Assembly (NCBI GenBank): GCA_030704615.1
Contig: CM060734.1
Span: 44,392,001-44,456,000 of the forward strand
DNA length: 64,000 bases
Source of the DNA: Takakia lepidozioides
Taxonomy: Eukaryota > Plantae > Bryophyta
Direction: 5' to 3'
Part shown: positions 25,075 through 40,241 of the stretch, one piece after another
Numbering within the stretch: position 1 is the first letter of the stretch
Layout of the letters: each line of letters opens with the position of its first letter
Notes under the pieces: generated by a model
What the model was told of the DNA's origin: nothing
The model's input: the letters and a program-made list of their open reading frames with translations, nothing else
Databases searched by the model: none
Made by a program: the position numbers and the translations under genes

Positions 25075-28000
25075 AAGAAATGAAATAAAATGAAATAAAA
25101 TGAAATTGTACTTTACAACATCCGCTGGAAGCTCAAAGAGCTTATGGGACAAAATGGAAAAAAACCAAGAGAGAGGAGACAAAACCAAAGCAAAAAAGCA
25201 GCCCAATAGCAACTACTCCTCAAGGGATTGTATAAGGGTGAAGGCCTCATGCAGGTAAGCTGCCAAGCATTTCTGATCCTCATAATGGAAGACTTCAGTG
25301 AGACATTGAGTCCCACGGAATAGACAGTGGAATCTCCCACGGATCTTATAACACAGAGGGCAATAAAAGAAGAAGTGTTCGTCAGTTTCAATTTCCGCTC
25401 CGTGCAAGTTGGGCATAGGCAGTCCTCTCGTTGCAGATTTTCCCATCTCCCAGTCTCTATCCGTAGATTGTGGGAGCCCACCCTGAACCGCCCCAATGCC
25501 CTCAGGAGGGAAGGAGATAAAGGCGCCGAAAGGTAATTGGGCCACAAGGTTCTATCACCACGGAGAACCAATGGAATTTTGTTGTGAGATTGGGTAGCTT
25601 CCAAGTTCTCCTGACATGTAGTTACATAAGTTCTCTTCTAGTGAGTCTCTTGCGATCCTGTTTGGATGTGATTTCCACCCCTTCTGGATTTTGTGGTAGT
25701 AGCAAAGCAATAGGAAGTCCAATGCACTAAAAACACTGCACACTCGAGCATACGAGGAGTGCTTGAAACCTGCTGTTTTGAGCCTAATAGATGTTGCGAG
25801 GACTCTTGCCACGAGCCCTTTGGGTGGAAGGGCTTGTAACCTCTTCAGAAAGATTGTAAGCCGGAAAAGGGCCTCGGATTGAAGTGGTACGCATGCAAAC
25901 TCTGCGCATAGGATGTGAGATGGAGTTGTGCCTCTGGCGCCAAGCATAACTGCAATAGATCCAGATTTTTTTCCCACCAGGAAGCTGGGACACCAGGTGC
26001 CCAAAACTCAACCATAAGTGGCGGCCGGAGTGACAACGCTGTCAAATAGCCACTTTTTGGTTAAGGGGTGGCGCAGATGTATCTGTTTGCATTTGGCCAT
26101 AAGGCGGATGGAGGCCGCCTTGCCCTTCGTCACTCTGTCCATGCAAACTGGAATTTGGGAGAGTGGATAACCAGACCCACATATTGGTATGATTTGACAA
26201 TCTCAATTTCCTGTTGATTGAAGATGAATCTGCGGTCCGCCTGGCCATTGAGAACCATGATCTCGGTTTTGCTAAGAGAGAGGGGCCACAAACAGCCCAA
26301 AAGCAACTAAAGCTCAAGGGATTTAAGAGTCGACGCTTCATGCAGGTATGCTGCCCATCATTTCTGATCCTCATAATGGAAGACCTCCGTAAGTCAATGG
26401 GTGTCCCAGAATAGACAGTTGAATCTCAGACGGATCTCATAGTATAAAGGGCAGTGAAATGAGATGAAATCATACTTTATAACGTCCGCGGTGAAAGAAG
26501 AAATGTTCTTCACTGTCGATTTCCCTGTAGTTCCCAGCACAAGCAGGGCATAAGTGATCATCACGTTGCAAAAAGAAAGGTATATCCAAGCCTTTACCTT
26601 TGGTGTGACAAGAGATTGCGATGACAACTTTGCAGGGAGACCTGTCGCCTGGATGTCAGCCACATCTGCAACAGCATTGGCTGTGTCTCCAATTTGTTTC
26701 CGCAGTTTTTCCACACATGATTCAATGTACACCAAATGCTTCAGTGCCACATGGGATACTGCAAACGGAAAACGGCTGAGAATGGATGCCTTAGTGTCGA
26801 GAGAGGTAGGTGGCTCCAATACTCCAGTTTCCAAGTCTGCCAGATTTCCAGGTGGAGACCCACCAAAACTCTCTGGAGTCCTTGCAAACAGCAACTGGGA
26901 AAATTTGACAAGCAGGGCCGATGAGAAAGTTTCGGGGGTGGGATGAAGAACAAAATGACTGCAACAGAGCAACAAGCATTGTGACTGGTCAATTATGAAC
27001 GAGAAACCTATTTCACTTTAGGCTGCTTATAGACATCTGAGATACTACTACAGGCTTCTTCCAGGTGGGCCTAATGGCAACAGCAATACTCTAGATGAAT
27101 CTGAATCATCGAAGTGGATTCGAAGCATATGGGAGGGTCATTGCTTCTGCTTGGAAGTATTGGCATACTTGTCAGTGGTACATTTGCAACTCACTACATC
27201 GTCGACCCAAACAGAGCCTGCCATGATTAAGTGGTTGATGTATACTTCAACAAAATTGTGCTGGGAACGCTTTTCAGTATTCTCCTACCAGACCTGGAAA
27301 TCAACATTGCTTAAGTAGTGAAAACTCAGTGCTCATTCATACAGCACCAGCGCTATAGTCATCAAAAGTTGTTTGCTTCTCAACACATCACCCCACTCAA
27401 GGAGTATCCTGCCACACCTGGTTTCCAAGTAACTCACAGAACTATATGCTCGATCAGAAACCTTGCAGGAATGTAATTACCCACCTGGACCTGTGATCAA
27501 ACTCGACAAGATACTAGATATCTTGTGGCTGGAAGAAAGGCTTGCACGGTCGTCATGAGACAGACGGTGGAGTGTGATGCATACAAATCTTGCAAGCAAG
27601 GGGTCTTCTTTGGCACGTCCGCCAAGCCCAACATCCATCACACTCTGCAAGTGGGAACTCAGAATCTGTGGTTGGGCTTTGGCTGCCATACACAAAATAA
27701 CAAGGGCCCCACGGCTTCTCACTGGGGTTGCATCAGATGCATTGAATGTGAAGTAGTTCCACAGAGCGGACACCTGCAAGAGAGCCGTAGAAGTCGAAGA
27801 CATTGCCTCATGCACTTTATTCACAACATACATCTCTGTTGACAGCTCAAAGTAGTCGAGAAAGGCAGCACTGACTAACAATGATCATCATTACCCCAAG
27901 GTCCAACGGTTTCAACAACACAGAAAGAAGAGAACCTATAGTTAGACACTAAGAGGATGAGAGGAAATACCGTGTCCAAGGAGAGGTTCCCCTTGTCTGC

Positions 28001-28429
28001 GAGCTTGCTGACAAGTGCTTCAATGGAGGTAAGGTCCCCAATGCTGGCATCCAAAGTCAGGTTTAAAAGGGTCAGTGCAGTCTCTGATGGGCTTTGCCTC
28101 AGGTATGTAGCGATGAAGGCTCCCTCAACTGCCTTGCATACACTTTTTTCTTGTGAGAATACCTGCAATAATCCAAGGAAAAGAACTGATTGTTACAGGA
28201 ATTTGACTTGGGGTATTTGACTAGGATTGTGTATGGGGGTCAACTATGCCAAGGGGAAGGTGCAAACTTACAAGAGAAAGTTTAAAACATCCACAGGCCC
28301 CCCAGACAAATGCAATTGAAGGGACAAAGTAGAACAGCAAAAAACTACATCAGAAGGCTATAAACATCGACAAAAAAACTACCAAGAACTTTGGCTCGCT
28401 CAAGCTGAAGCCTTCAGCCAAATACAGAA

Positions 28430-28975
28430 AATGTAATGGTTTTTTATAGTGTCTGCAAAAAGCTCAATGAGCTTATGGGACAAATTAGCCGTTGAGGCAA
28501 GAGCCAATGAAACAAAGTCGAACACAAATACCACATAAAAAGAAATGTAACAAAGTAGTGTGGTAAGCTATTGAAGAGCACTCTTTCTCACTAAGCTTGC
28601 TTTGTCTTCAAGCCTACCAGCTGCAATTTCGGTAACAAGGTTCCAAAGCCCAATGGAAACAGCACTCTCCTCCTAACATAGGCTTGCCCATGTTCGAAGA
28701 ACTTTGCTACGAGTATAAGGACTCTTATCCCTTACACGCTCCAGTAGAAGATCCAGCATACCCTGTTGTGCCAAATCAAATCAACGAGTGTTAGTCACTC
28801 AGAGCCCATGTTTGGAAACTGTTATACAATTCCTTTCACACCTAGCAGCACTCAATCAATTGCAACAAAATACATATGCACAAGACTACACTCCAGATCC
28901 ATGTCTGGCAGACTCAGGTAAGCTTTAAGTTCAAAGAAATGAAATGAAATGAAATGGAACTTCATAACGTCCACA
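28430..28975 (-). mobile_element. Two isolated RTEX-like tail remnants (about 28430-28485 and 28937-28975)
   Basis: AAAGCTCAATGAGCTTATGGGACAAA and GAAATGAAATGAAATGAAATGGAACTTCATAACGTCC. Confidence 0.75.
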
Positions 28976-31900
28976 AGGGGACTAAATGGAGCATAAAACT
29001 CCGGAAGAGTTTCCTCACCTGCTTGCTGCGCAGCCGTGTCATTTGATCACCAAAAGCATTTTCAACTGCAGGTTCTTCACTATATCTCACAACGAGCTTA
29101 CCAATCACTTGAACAAGGGCACTCCTCATTGTATGCACCTTCCCATCCAGGTGTGGAATAATGACACTCAGATTCACAGCCACGAGCTTTGGCTGGTGGT
29201 CAGCCATAGCAACAAGGAATTTACCTACATACTTGGCACCTGAACGGTCATGAGCAAAATCCTCTGGGTTGATATGCCCGATTTCCTGTAGAACAGCCAC
29301 AGCCAGGCTGGCATAATGATACTTCTTCTCAGCCAGGGCCACCAGATCCGCGAGGTGTACAGACAGGTGCTTATACTGGTGTAGCAGATTCACAATTGCT
29401 GATGTCACTACGTATTGGTATTTTGCAGCACATGCAGCCACAATGTTGCAGAGAGCTTCTTTGAGCTCCTTCTGTTTCAAATGGGAGGGGTTCTCCGGCG
29501 GCGAGAATGCAACCCTGCCATTAACAGCATATCTTAGCATCAGTACACCTTTGGAAACAGGATACACTGTAATAAACAACTGACATGAAAATGCCTTACC
29601 ATGTGGTGGATTTTCAGTTGCACAGCACTAGACACTGCTGTCACAGACCATGGAATATCTCAAATGCAAGTGATACATGCATGTGTCTCTCCTTGCATGT
29701 TTCCTCACGCCCCAAGATAGATCTCAGTTACTGGGTGTTTTGAACCTACTTGCATATGTATACACCCACCCAAGGAAAATACCCAGCCCCAACAACTGCC
29801 TGCATCCCATTCCACCCCCGCTGTCCACCGTAAAGCAAGTATTCACAGATACTTGCTTGGTAGATATTCACAGATTCCATCCCATCCCATTCATGGATAG
29901 AACCACTTCAGAGAGATGAGGAAGCAAGTATTCACAGAAATCACAAGTCAAATGATCTTGCATTAAACAGGTAACAGTGGAATGCTGCTCTACTCTGGAT
30001 TCAGTGAGAAACAGATACTTCAGGTGGTGGACTGACTGCCACTATTATACTTACATTGACAATCCTGCCATCCATCTCATGTAACTCTTCTCTATGACAA
30101 AAATAATCATTTGAAGGCTCCATCCTCATAAAACTCGGAGTGTTCCTTTCCATTCTATAATTTTTTTTTTTCCATCATGATTTCGTTCTTTTCTTCTTTT
30201 GTCCCACAAGCTCTTTGAGCTTTCTGCGGACGCTATAAAGAACCATTTCATTTCTTTCCTTTTTTTCCAAGAAAGGTTAGTTACATGACTCACCTAGCAA
30301 AGAAGGCAACCAGACCATCTTCTGGCTGAGACATTGCATATAGTCGTCAAAGGTCAACTTGCAATGCAGTGGCAAGTAGACCAACAATACGGGTCCTATG
30401 AATATCCCAGTTCCACTCTGTAGCCACATGCTTCCTCCCCGACTGCTTCTTCTGCATCACACCATAGTCACCACCTTTCAGGGTTTAAATGTCACAATAA
30501 TCCAATGACTTCTGAAACTAGTTTCTGAACTTCCTCGTACCTGCATGAATCTTGCAGGTTGGTGGTTGTAGATAAGCATTGTTGAAAACTAGCCCAACTG
30601 AATCACTTATAGTGATTTTGGGATTCTAGAAGAGTACTCTCAAGTGTGTTATCACAACAACTTGTAGGGCAGAGGATCAATTCTTTACTTTGAAGATTTG
30701 ACAGATCACAGATCCTGTCTTAAGGTTTACTTTCATGTGAATATCATGACAAAATATTTACTGTGTCTGGAGGTAATATGACTTCCATTTACCCACCTTC
30801 CCAGTGCCTGGTCCTCCGGTCTCCTCCAGAACAAGAAGTGAGTGCAAGAAGTAGGCATAGATTTTGAGTGCGTTTCGATGTGACTGGACTTGCTGCCACA
30901 TGTACATGGCATCCTCATGGGAGTCCCCAGCAGTGAAGGAGAGTGCCAAAACGGAGGGATTGAGCAATTTAAAATTGGAGCACAGGCTTTCAATCAAGAT
31001 GCCTTTTGCGATTGGTCCTAATGAAGCAAAACCCCTGTCATTCAGCCAACAGCAACTAGCGTCAGATACTCTGGAGTGTACAATTACAAGACTCAAATGG
31101 ATGTGAAAACTATTTGAGACAGGATGAAGGCCAAGTCCCTATGGGCTCTAAAACTCTCGCAAAACCAATCCTGCAGTTTGAGGACTGACAAACAAACGAA
31201 GTGACTTGGGAGGGTGTCAGTAAGGTGCAAGGTGGAGGTTCAGCAAATGCACACAAGTAAAGGCAGGAGAGGTGGAATGACCATTAGACGGAGGTTTATG
31301 ATAAATCTAATTCATTGCCTTCATTAGGAATCGCAAACCTACCAGACAAACGTAGACAAACACACACAGACAAGCATAGCACCAGTGGACACTGTGGGCT
31401 ACATTGCAGCCACAGTATACCAACAGTGCGGAAAGAACTGAACAATTAAGCAAAGATAGTGGAGAACCACACCTTACAAGAGAGTACACCTGGTCAAATA
31501 TACTCTGCTCTTCAATACACAACACCTCGTTGTCAGCTAATTAAAAGGCCACAACTGCATCCATCACCAATACCAAAGCATTTCAGTGCCATGCAGTTGT
31601 TGATTGGAGTATACAGTAAACCTCTGGGATTGTCTTCCTCTGGAGGCTCATAATCAAGAAAAGCACGGTTAATAACTAGCACTTAGTATGTTTGTTATAG
31701 TTGTTGTCCCATGTGATATCTGGATTTTCAATGAGTATAGTAATACTGTTCTTCTCCCCCGAACGACATTTGCATTTGACACCTTCCTGGGTTCTTCTTG
31801 TAGTTCTAGCGCCCAGAGTCTGCTAGGACATGTGGACGAAATAAGATTCCTTGTTCAATGATCCTCAGCGAGCTCACCCAAAAACTCCAATTTTGCAAGG

Positions 31901-32220
31901 ATAATTGTATCTGCATAGGTCAAACCACGTTACTACCACGTCCACGCTAGGATTTGCCCATCCAAGAAATGGAGATAGACCATCACTTCTTTCTGTCCTG
32001 CCCAGTATATTATGAGACTAGAGGGAGATACTACTGTCTTTCAGACCCTGGGTGTCCAAGCTTGCTATCTCTGTTAAGTCTCGTCTCTAAGTCGCGTTAT
32101 ATGGCTTCCTACCTTTGAGCTTTCAGCGGATGTTACAAGTTTCTTTCTTCTTTCTTCTTATCCCTTAAGCTTTAGTTGCTCCTGTGCTGGTTGTGGCCCG
32201 TCTTTCTTGTTTCTTTCTTC

Positions 32221-32600
32221 GGCTCCCACAACCTACGGATAGAGACTGGCAGATGGGAAAACCTGCAACGGGAGGACCGCCTATGTCCAACTTGCACAGG
32301 GCGCAACCGGGAAATTGAAACCGAAGAACACTTCTTCTATTGCCCTCTATACTACGAGAAACATGGGAGATTCCACTGCCTATTCCGCGGAGCCCAATCC
32401 CTCACTGAAGTCTTGCACTATGAGGATCAGAAATGCTTGGCAGCTTACCTGCACGAGGCCTTCACCCTTACACGATCACTCGAGCAATAGTTTATTTTTG
32501 GCTCTGGTTTTGTTTCCTCTCTCATGTTTTCTTCCATTTTGTCCCATACGCTCTATGAGCTTCCGCGGACGTTATAAAGCACCATTTCATTCCATTCATC
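32221..32600 (+). mobile_element. Short 5'-truncated RTEX-like LINE inside an older LINE 3' UTR, CAP-D2 copy 2 intron 1
   Basis: GSHNLRIETGRW...AFTLTRSLEQ*, 3' UTR and tail, then TTGTCCCATAAGCT of the older copy resumes. Confidence 0.9.
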
Positions 32601-33774
32601 TTGTCCCATAAGCTGCGCAATACCTAGCCAATTGTAAGACAGTTGCAGAGGGCGAAAACCACCAAAGTTGCCAACTTTCCAGTTGAGCTAAGGAGGAAAA
32701 AGTAGAATGAAATCCACGTAGAAGCATGTTTGGGAAGGGGACAGCACAGCACCTTTAACAAGCTGATCGATCTCGGCTTCAGACAAATTCTCCACGTCGA
32801 TAACATTTTGGGCATAAAGACGATCTTCCTGAGCCAAAGGATTCTCCAGTTCCTCTAGGTGCTTAGGAATCGCAAAAGATGGCGCCATGGCTACCCCTCG
32901 TAAGACACTCCGTCCTCTGTACTGCTTTCTGTATCCCTCTCTATATGCAGCCTGCGATCGACTGGGTTTTGTTTCTTCTGATCACATTCCTTGCAGACCG
33001 CGCTGGCGATGCAGGCTCTGAAGTCGTTGGCAGAAAAGATCACTGCGTGTGTGTGGAGCAGAGACGGGATTGATCAGAGATGATTGCCTTGGAGGAGTCG
33101 AAAGTGGAAAGAATTTTACTGGAAGCTCGCGAATTGGGGCAGCTTCCTGCTGGCGGTGAAAAAGCTATGGCAGTTCCGGACTGAGATCGTCAATGAGGGC
33201 CTAGTTTACACCGGAAGCGAAGACTCTCGTAATGGTACACCAACACAGCTTATAAGATACTCGAGCTTAGTCCAGACGCCAGAACCACTTCTCCCGCATA
33301 AAAATTCTCCATCTGTCTCACGACATAGCTGGCTTCATGATGACATAGCTACAGAAAATGTTGTCCACGGCCGAACTCCTGATCCTCTCCTGCTGCTTCT
33401 TGATGACGCCTCGATAACTTTCTTACCGAGGAAGATTTTCGTACAGTAAATTTGAAAGAGACACGGGAACGGAACCAAAAGCGTTTGTGAATTTGATTTT
33501 GAACTTCGCTAACCAGAATGCCCGAGTGTGGTGAGCTTAATGATAGACAAGAAATGGCGTCATACTTACACGCTTCCAATCAAGAGGTTGAAACAATGAC
33601 CTTGATCGCTAGCGCAACAAACATGTGCACTGTAATCATATTACACATTCTTCAAGGTACAGTCATAACAATTGAGGGTCGTTGTGACGTACACATCACA
33701 TTAAGTATGACTTGTATTGGTTGGCACCTCCCTGATTTCCCAGCTGCCATCTATATATGCATCTGTCCACCATG

Positions 33775-34580
33775 CTCATGCGATTGTCTAATAAGGGTCA
33801 AGGCCTTGTGCAGGTAAGCTGCCAAGCATTTCTGATCCTCATAGTGGAAGACTTCAGTGAGAGACTGAGTTCCACGTCGGAATAGACAATGCATGGAATC
33901 TCCGACGGATCTCATAATACAGAGGGCACTAATACAAGAAGTGTTCTTCAGTTTCAATTTCCTGGTTGCGCCCGGTGCAAGCTGGACATGGGCGGCCCTA
34001 AAGTTGCAGGTTTTCCCACGGATCTACCAGTCTCTATCAGTAGATTGTGGGAGCCCACCCTGAACCGCCCCAATACCCTCAGGAGGGAAGGAGAAATTAA
34101 ATGAAATGAAATGGTGTTTTATAATGTCCACACATAAAGGCGAGGTAATAATTGGGCCGCAAGGTTCTATCATCACTGAGAAGCAAGAATGTCTCTGATA
34201 GAAATGGAGTTTTGTTGTGAGATTGGGTAGCTTCCAAGTTCTCCTGACATGCATGTAGTTCCATTAAGTTCTCTTCTAATGAGTTTGTTGCGATCCTGTT
34301 TGGATGTGATTTCCACCCCTTCTCGATTTTGTGGCAGTAGCAAAGCAATAGAAAGTCCATTGCGCTCAAAAAAATTGCACACTCGAGCATACCACCAAGA
34401 GTGCTTGAAACCTGCTGTTAATAGATCTATGTTCCGAGGGAACTCTGCACATAGGATGTTCACGAGATGGAGTTGTGCCTCTGGCGCCAAGCATTGATTG
34501 GAGAAAAGATGACTGCACGATGCTTCCAGAAAACCATAAGTGGCAGCCGGGGTGACAACTCTGTCAACTTTTTGGTTCGC
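33775..34580 (-). mobile_element. Degenerate RTEX-like LINE fragment containing a nested 40-bp tail (34094-34133)
   Basis: HVRRTWKLPNLTTKLHFY, EVFHYEDQKCLAAYLH; many indels. Confidence 0.85.
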
Positions 34581-34856
34581 GCAGCTGCCTGGAGCATATT
34601 CCAGAGGACTGTGGAATATGGGGATGGGAGAGGCTTTGTTTACACTGTGAAACGGATGTGACTCTCACTCAGCCGCCAGACTTAGCTATTCTAAGCCGGA
34701 ATATTCCTACATGTTCAGGATCCCCATCAATTGGCTATTCTCGGGCACTATTTTCTCGGGCAGCACAAAACCATCCTCATCTTATGTGTCCCTCTCAACC
34801 GTCGGATTGAACGATATCTGCACTCAGCGGATCCTCTCCCGCTCCTCTCTCTAGGC

Positions 34857-34992
34857 GAGGCAGCAAGAGATTCACTCCCTATATAAGGCTGCACCTGCTC
34901 TTGTCCCTTCAGAGTCTCATTGTGAGGCAGCAAGAGATTCACTCCCTTATATAAGGCTGCACCCTGCTCTTGTCCCTTCAGAGTCTCATTGT
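34857..34992 (+). promoter_or_regulatory. Tandemly duplicated core-promoter segment with two TATA boxes upstream of the SCPL gene
   Basis: GAGGCAGCAAGAGATTCACTCCC(T)TATATAAGGCTGCACC(C)TGCTCTTGTCCCTTCAGAGTCTCATTGT occurs twice (34857-34923, 34924-34992), ending about 95 bp before ATG 35086. Confidence 0.7.
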
Positions 34993-35085
34993 GCGTCATT
35001 CTCATTTGTGGGGGTAAGCCGGACGGTGAGCTCTGTACGTAGAGCTAGTCTCATTTTGTACTTCGGGGATCGAGCGGTGAGCAAC

Positions 35086-38620
<3,535 letters not shown>

Positions 38621-40241
38621 ACTGTTAGCTCGTGACTATGTGCATGCACTTCTGGAGCTAACGACCTCAGTGTAGAAGTATATATTCAAACTCCAAATGC
38701 ATTTATCGAACAACAATGTTTCTTCAAAATGATTTCTAAAGTTCTGTTTTACTCCCACACTGTGCGTGATGAAGTTCCTAGTATGCATTTTCAGAAAGGA
38801 AAATGTGACCTTTGGAGGAAAGATGGGTCCTTATCTGTATCGACCCTAGATGTCAAAATATCTCGGAATCACTAATCTTCTTCTTAAGGGAAAGGGGAGG
38901 AAGCCTCAGCTAGAAGACAAGGAAAAATAACCTTGTGAGAAAGCATGAGGTGGCTGTAGCAATGCACGTGAAGCCACCAGCTACCAGGCATATTGTCTCT
39001 AGTCAAATTTATCTTTTAATTGTTAACAATATATGTCTTAGCTCAGCAAAGTAGCAACCCATCCTTTGGGAAGTAAAATGAGCCGGAGCGGGGGGGCCTA
39101 TCAGGCAATCACAAGCAACTATAACTGGGACCAAAGGTCGAACGAGTGCAAAGCTTCAGATAAAAGCATCAAGGGTTGGACCGGTTGTATGGCAAGTCTG
39201 ATCCCAATTGGACATGCTCCTTCCGTTCTTCTTTCACCTGCATTTGAACAATGAAGGAAGTTACTCTCAATCTGTAGGAATCAGGGTACTAATGAGTCTC
39301 CTTAGGATTTGTGTTCATTACGTTGGCACCTTCAACTTCAACTTTTGTGTGCAGACAAACTAGAATAGGATCATATAGCCAGATGTCTCTGTTAAATTTC
39401 TAAAGCTCGCTGCGCGGTCACGATCTCAAAAGAAAAGCGACAAAGATCAATTGACACATGCAGCCTTCTCGCTGACACCAAAGAGGGCTACTTGCTTGTT
39501 TTATCAGATTGACTTTTCTTACTTTGAGATGCAGCACTGTTCAAGCTAGGATTGTCTACAACATCAACTTAGAGGAATACTGCTTCTGGTGTCGGTCACA
39601 GATTAGCACAAAGTTTATAACTTGGCTTGGAAAATGAAGGGAAAATGCAGCACCTTCAATCTTTATTGAGCCTGGTACCCCTAATTTATATACATCAAGG
39701 TCATCAAAGTTACCAAGTGTTTTGAAGTTCAAGCAGCATCTTCAATCCAGCCAGCTGGTAGAGCTACCTAGGTTTCCTTCCACTAATACAACCGGATCTT
39801 ACATACATAATTCTCATCACACATTTTAAGAAATAGTTAAATCGAGTCTCACTGGGTTGGGCCACACCCAGGAGGTGTGCCATAAATACCTTCCCAAACT
39901 TCGTGGGCACTGAGCTTGAAAAGGGAAACCCACAAATTTCACACCCAGTCAGAGACAGAAGTGACAGAGAGACCTCTCCAAACACAGCTAATCCTGTGTG
40001 TGAGGGAGGTGGGGAGGCACAGTCAGAAGAAGATTCCCAACAGAAAGATGAAGAACAGTAAGGCAATAAGAGGGACGAATAGAGAACTGTATTCAAAAAG
40101 GGAATGGGTACACTCAAAGACCGTATGATTGAATGATTAGAAAAGACTACTATTTCTGAGTACCACTTTCGCCATAGCTGGCAATGTCAAAGTCAACGCT
40201 GGGTTAACTTAGAATGGAATCTCTAGGGGACCATGAGGGTT

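Larger units (their letters stand above)
18660..26550 (-). mobile_element. Nest of co-oriented RTEX-like LINE copies and tails inside one CAP-D2 intron
   Basis: At least five ORF2 3' regions (18788-19864, 19953-23672, 23700-25074, 25075-26275, 26276-26550) and at least seven tails (near 18662, 18724, 18788, 19865, 19953, 25076, 26460), all on the - strand. Confidence 0.92.
13495..32888 (-). pseudogene. CAP-D2: Condensin complex subunit 1 (CAP-D2), copy 2, apparently full-length multi-exon gene with premature stops
   Basis: Exon 1 is 32888-32753. Exon 2 has GAA>TAA at 31543-31541. TAG stops at 28675-28673 and 28570-28568 lie in the GMLDLLLERVRDKS exon. Recognisable exons near 29020-29530, 27970-28163, 27480-27775, 26600-26930, 16185-16410 (VRSNCIVALGDLATRFPNLLEPWT...VRKNSVLVLSHLILNDMVK), 15630-15750 and 14820-15000. 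The acidic terminal exon (13495-14294) is assigned with less certainty. Confidence 0.85.
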
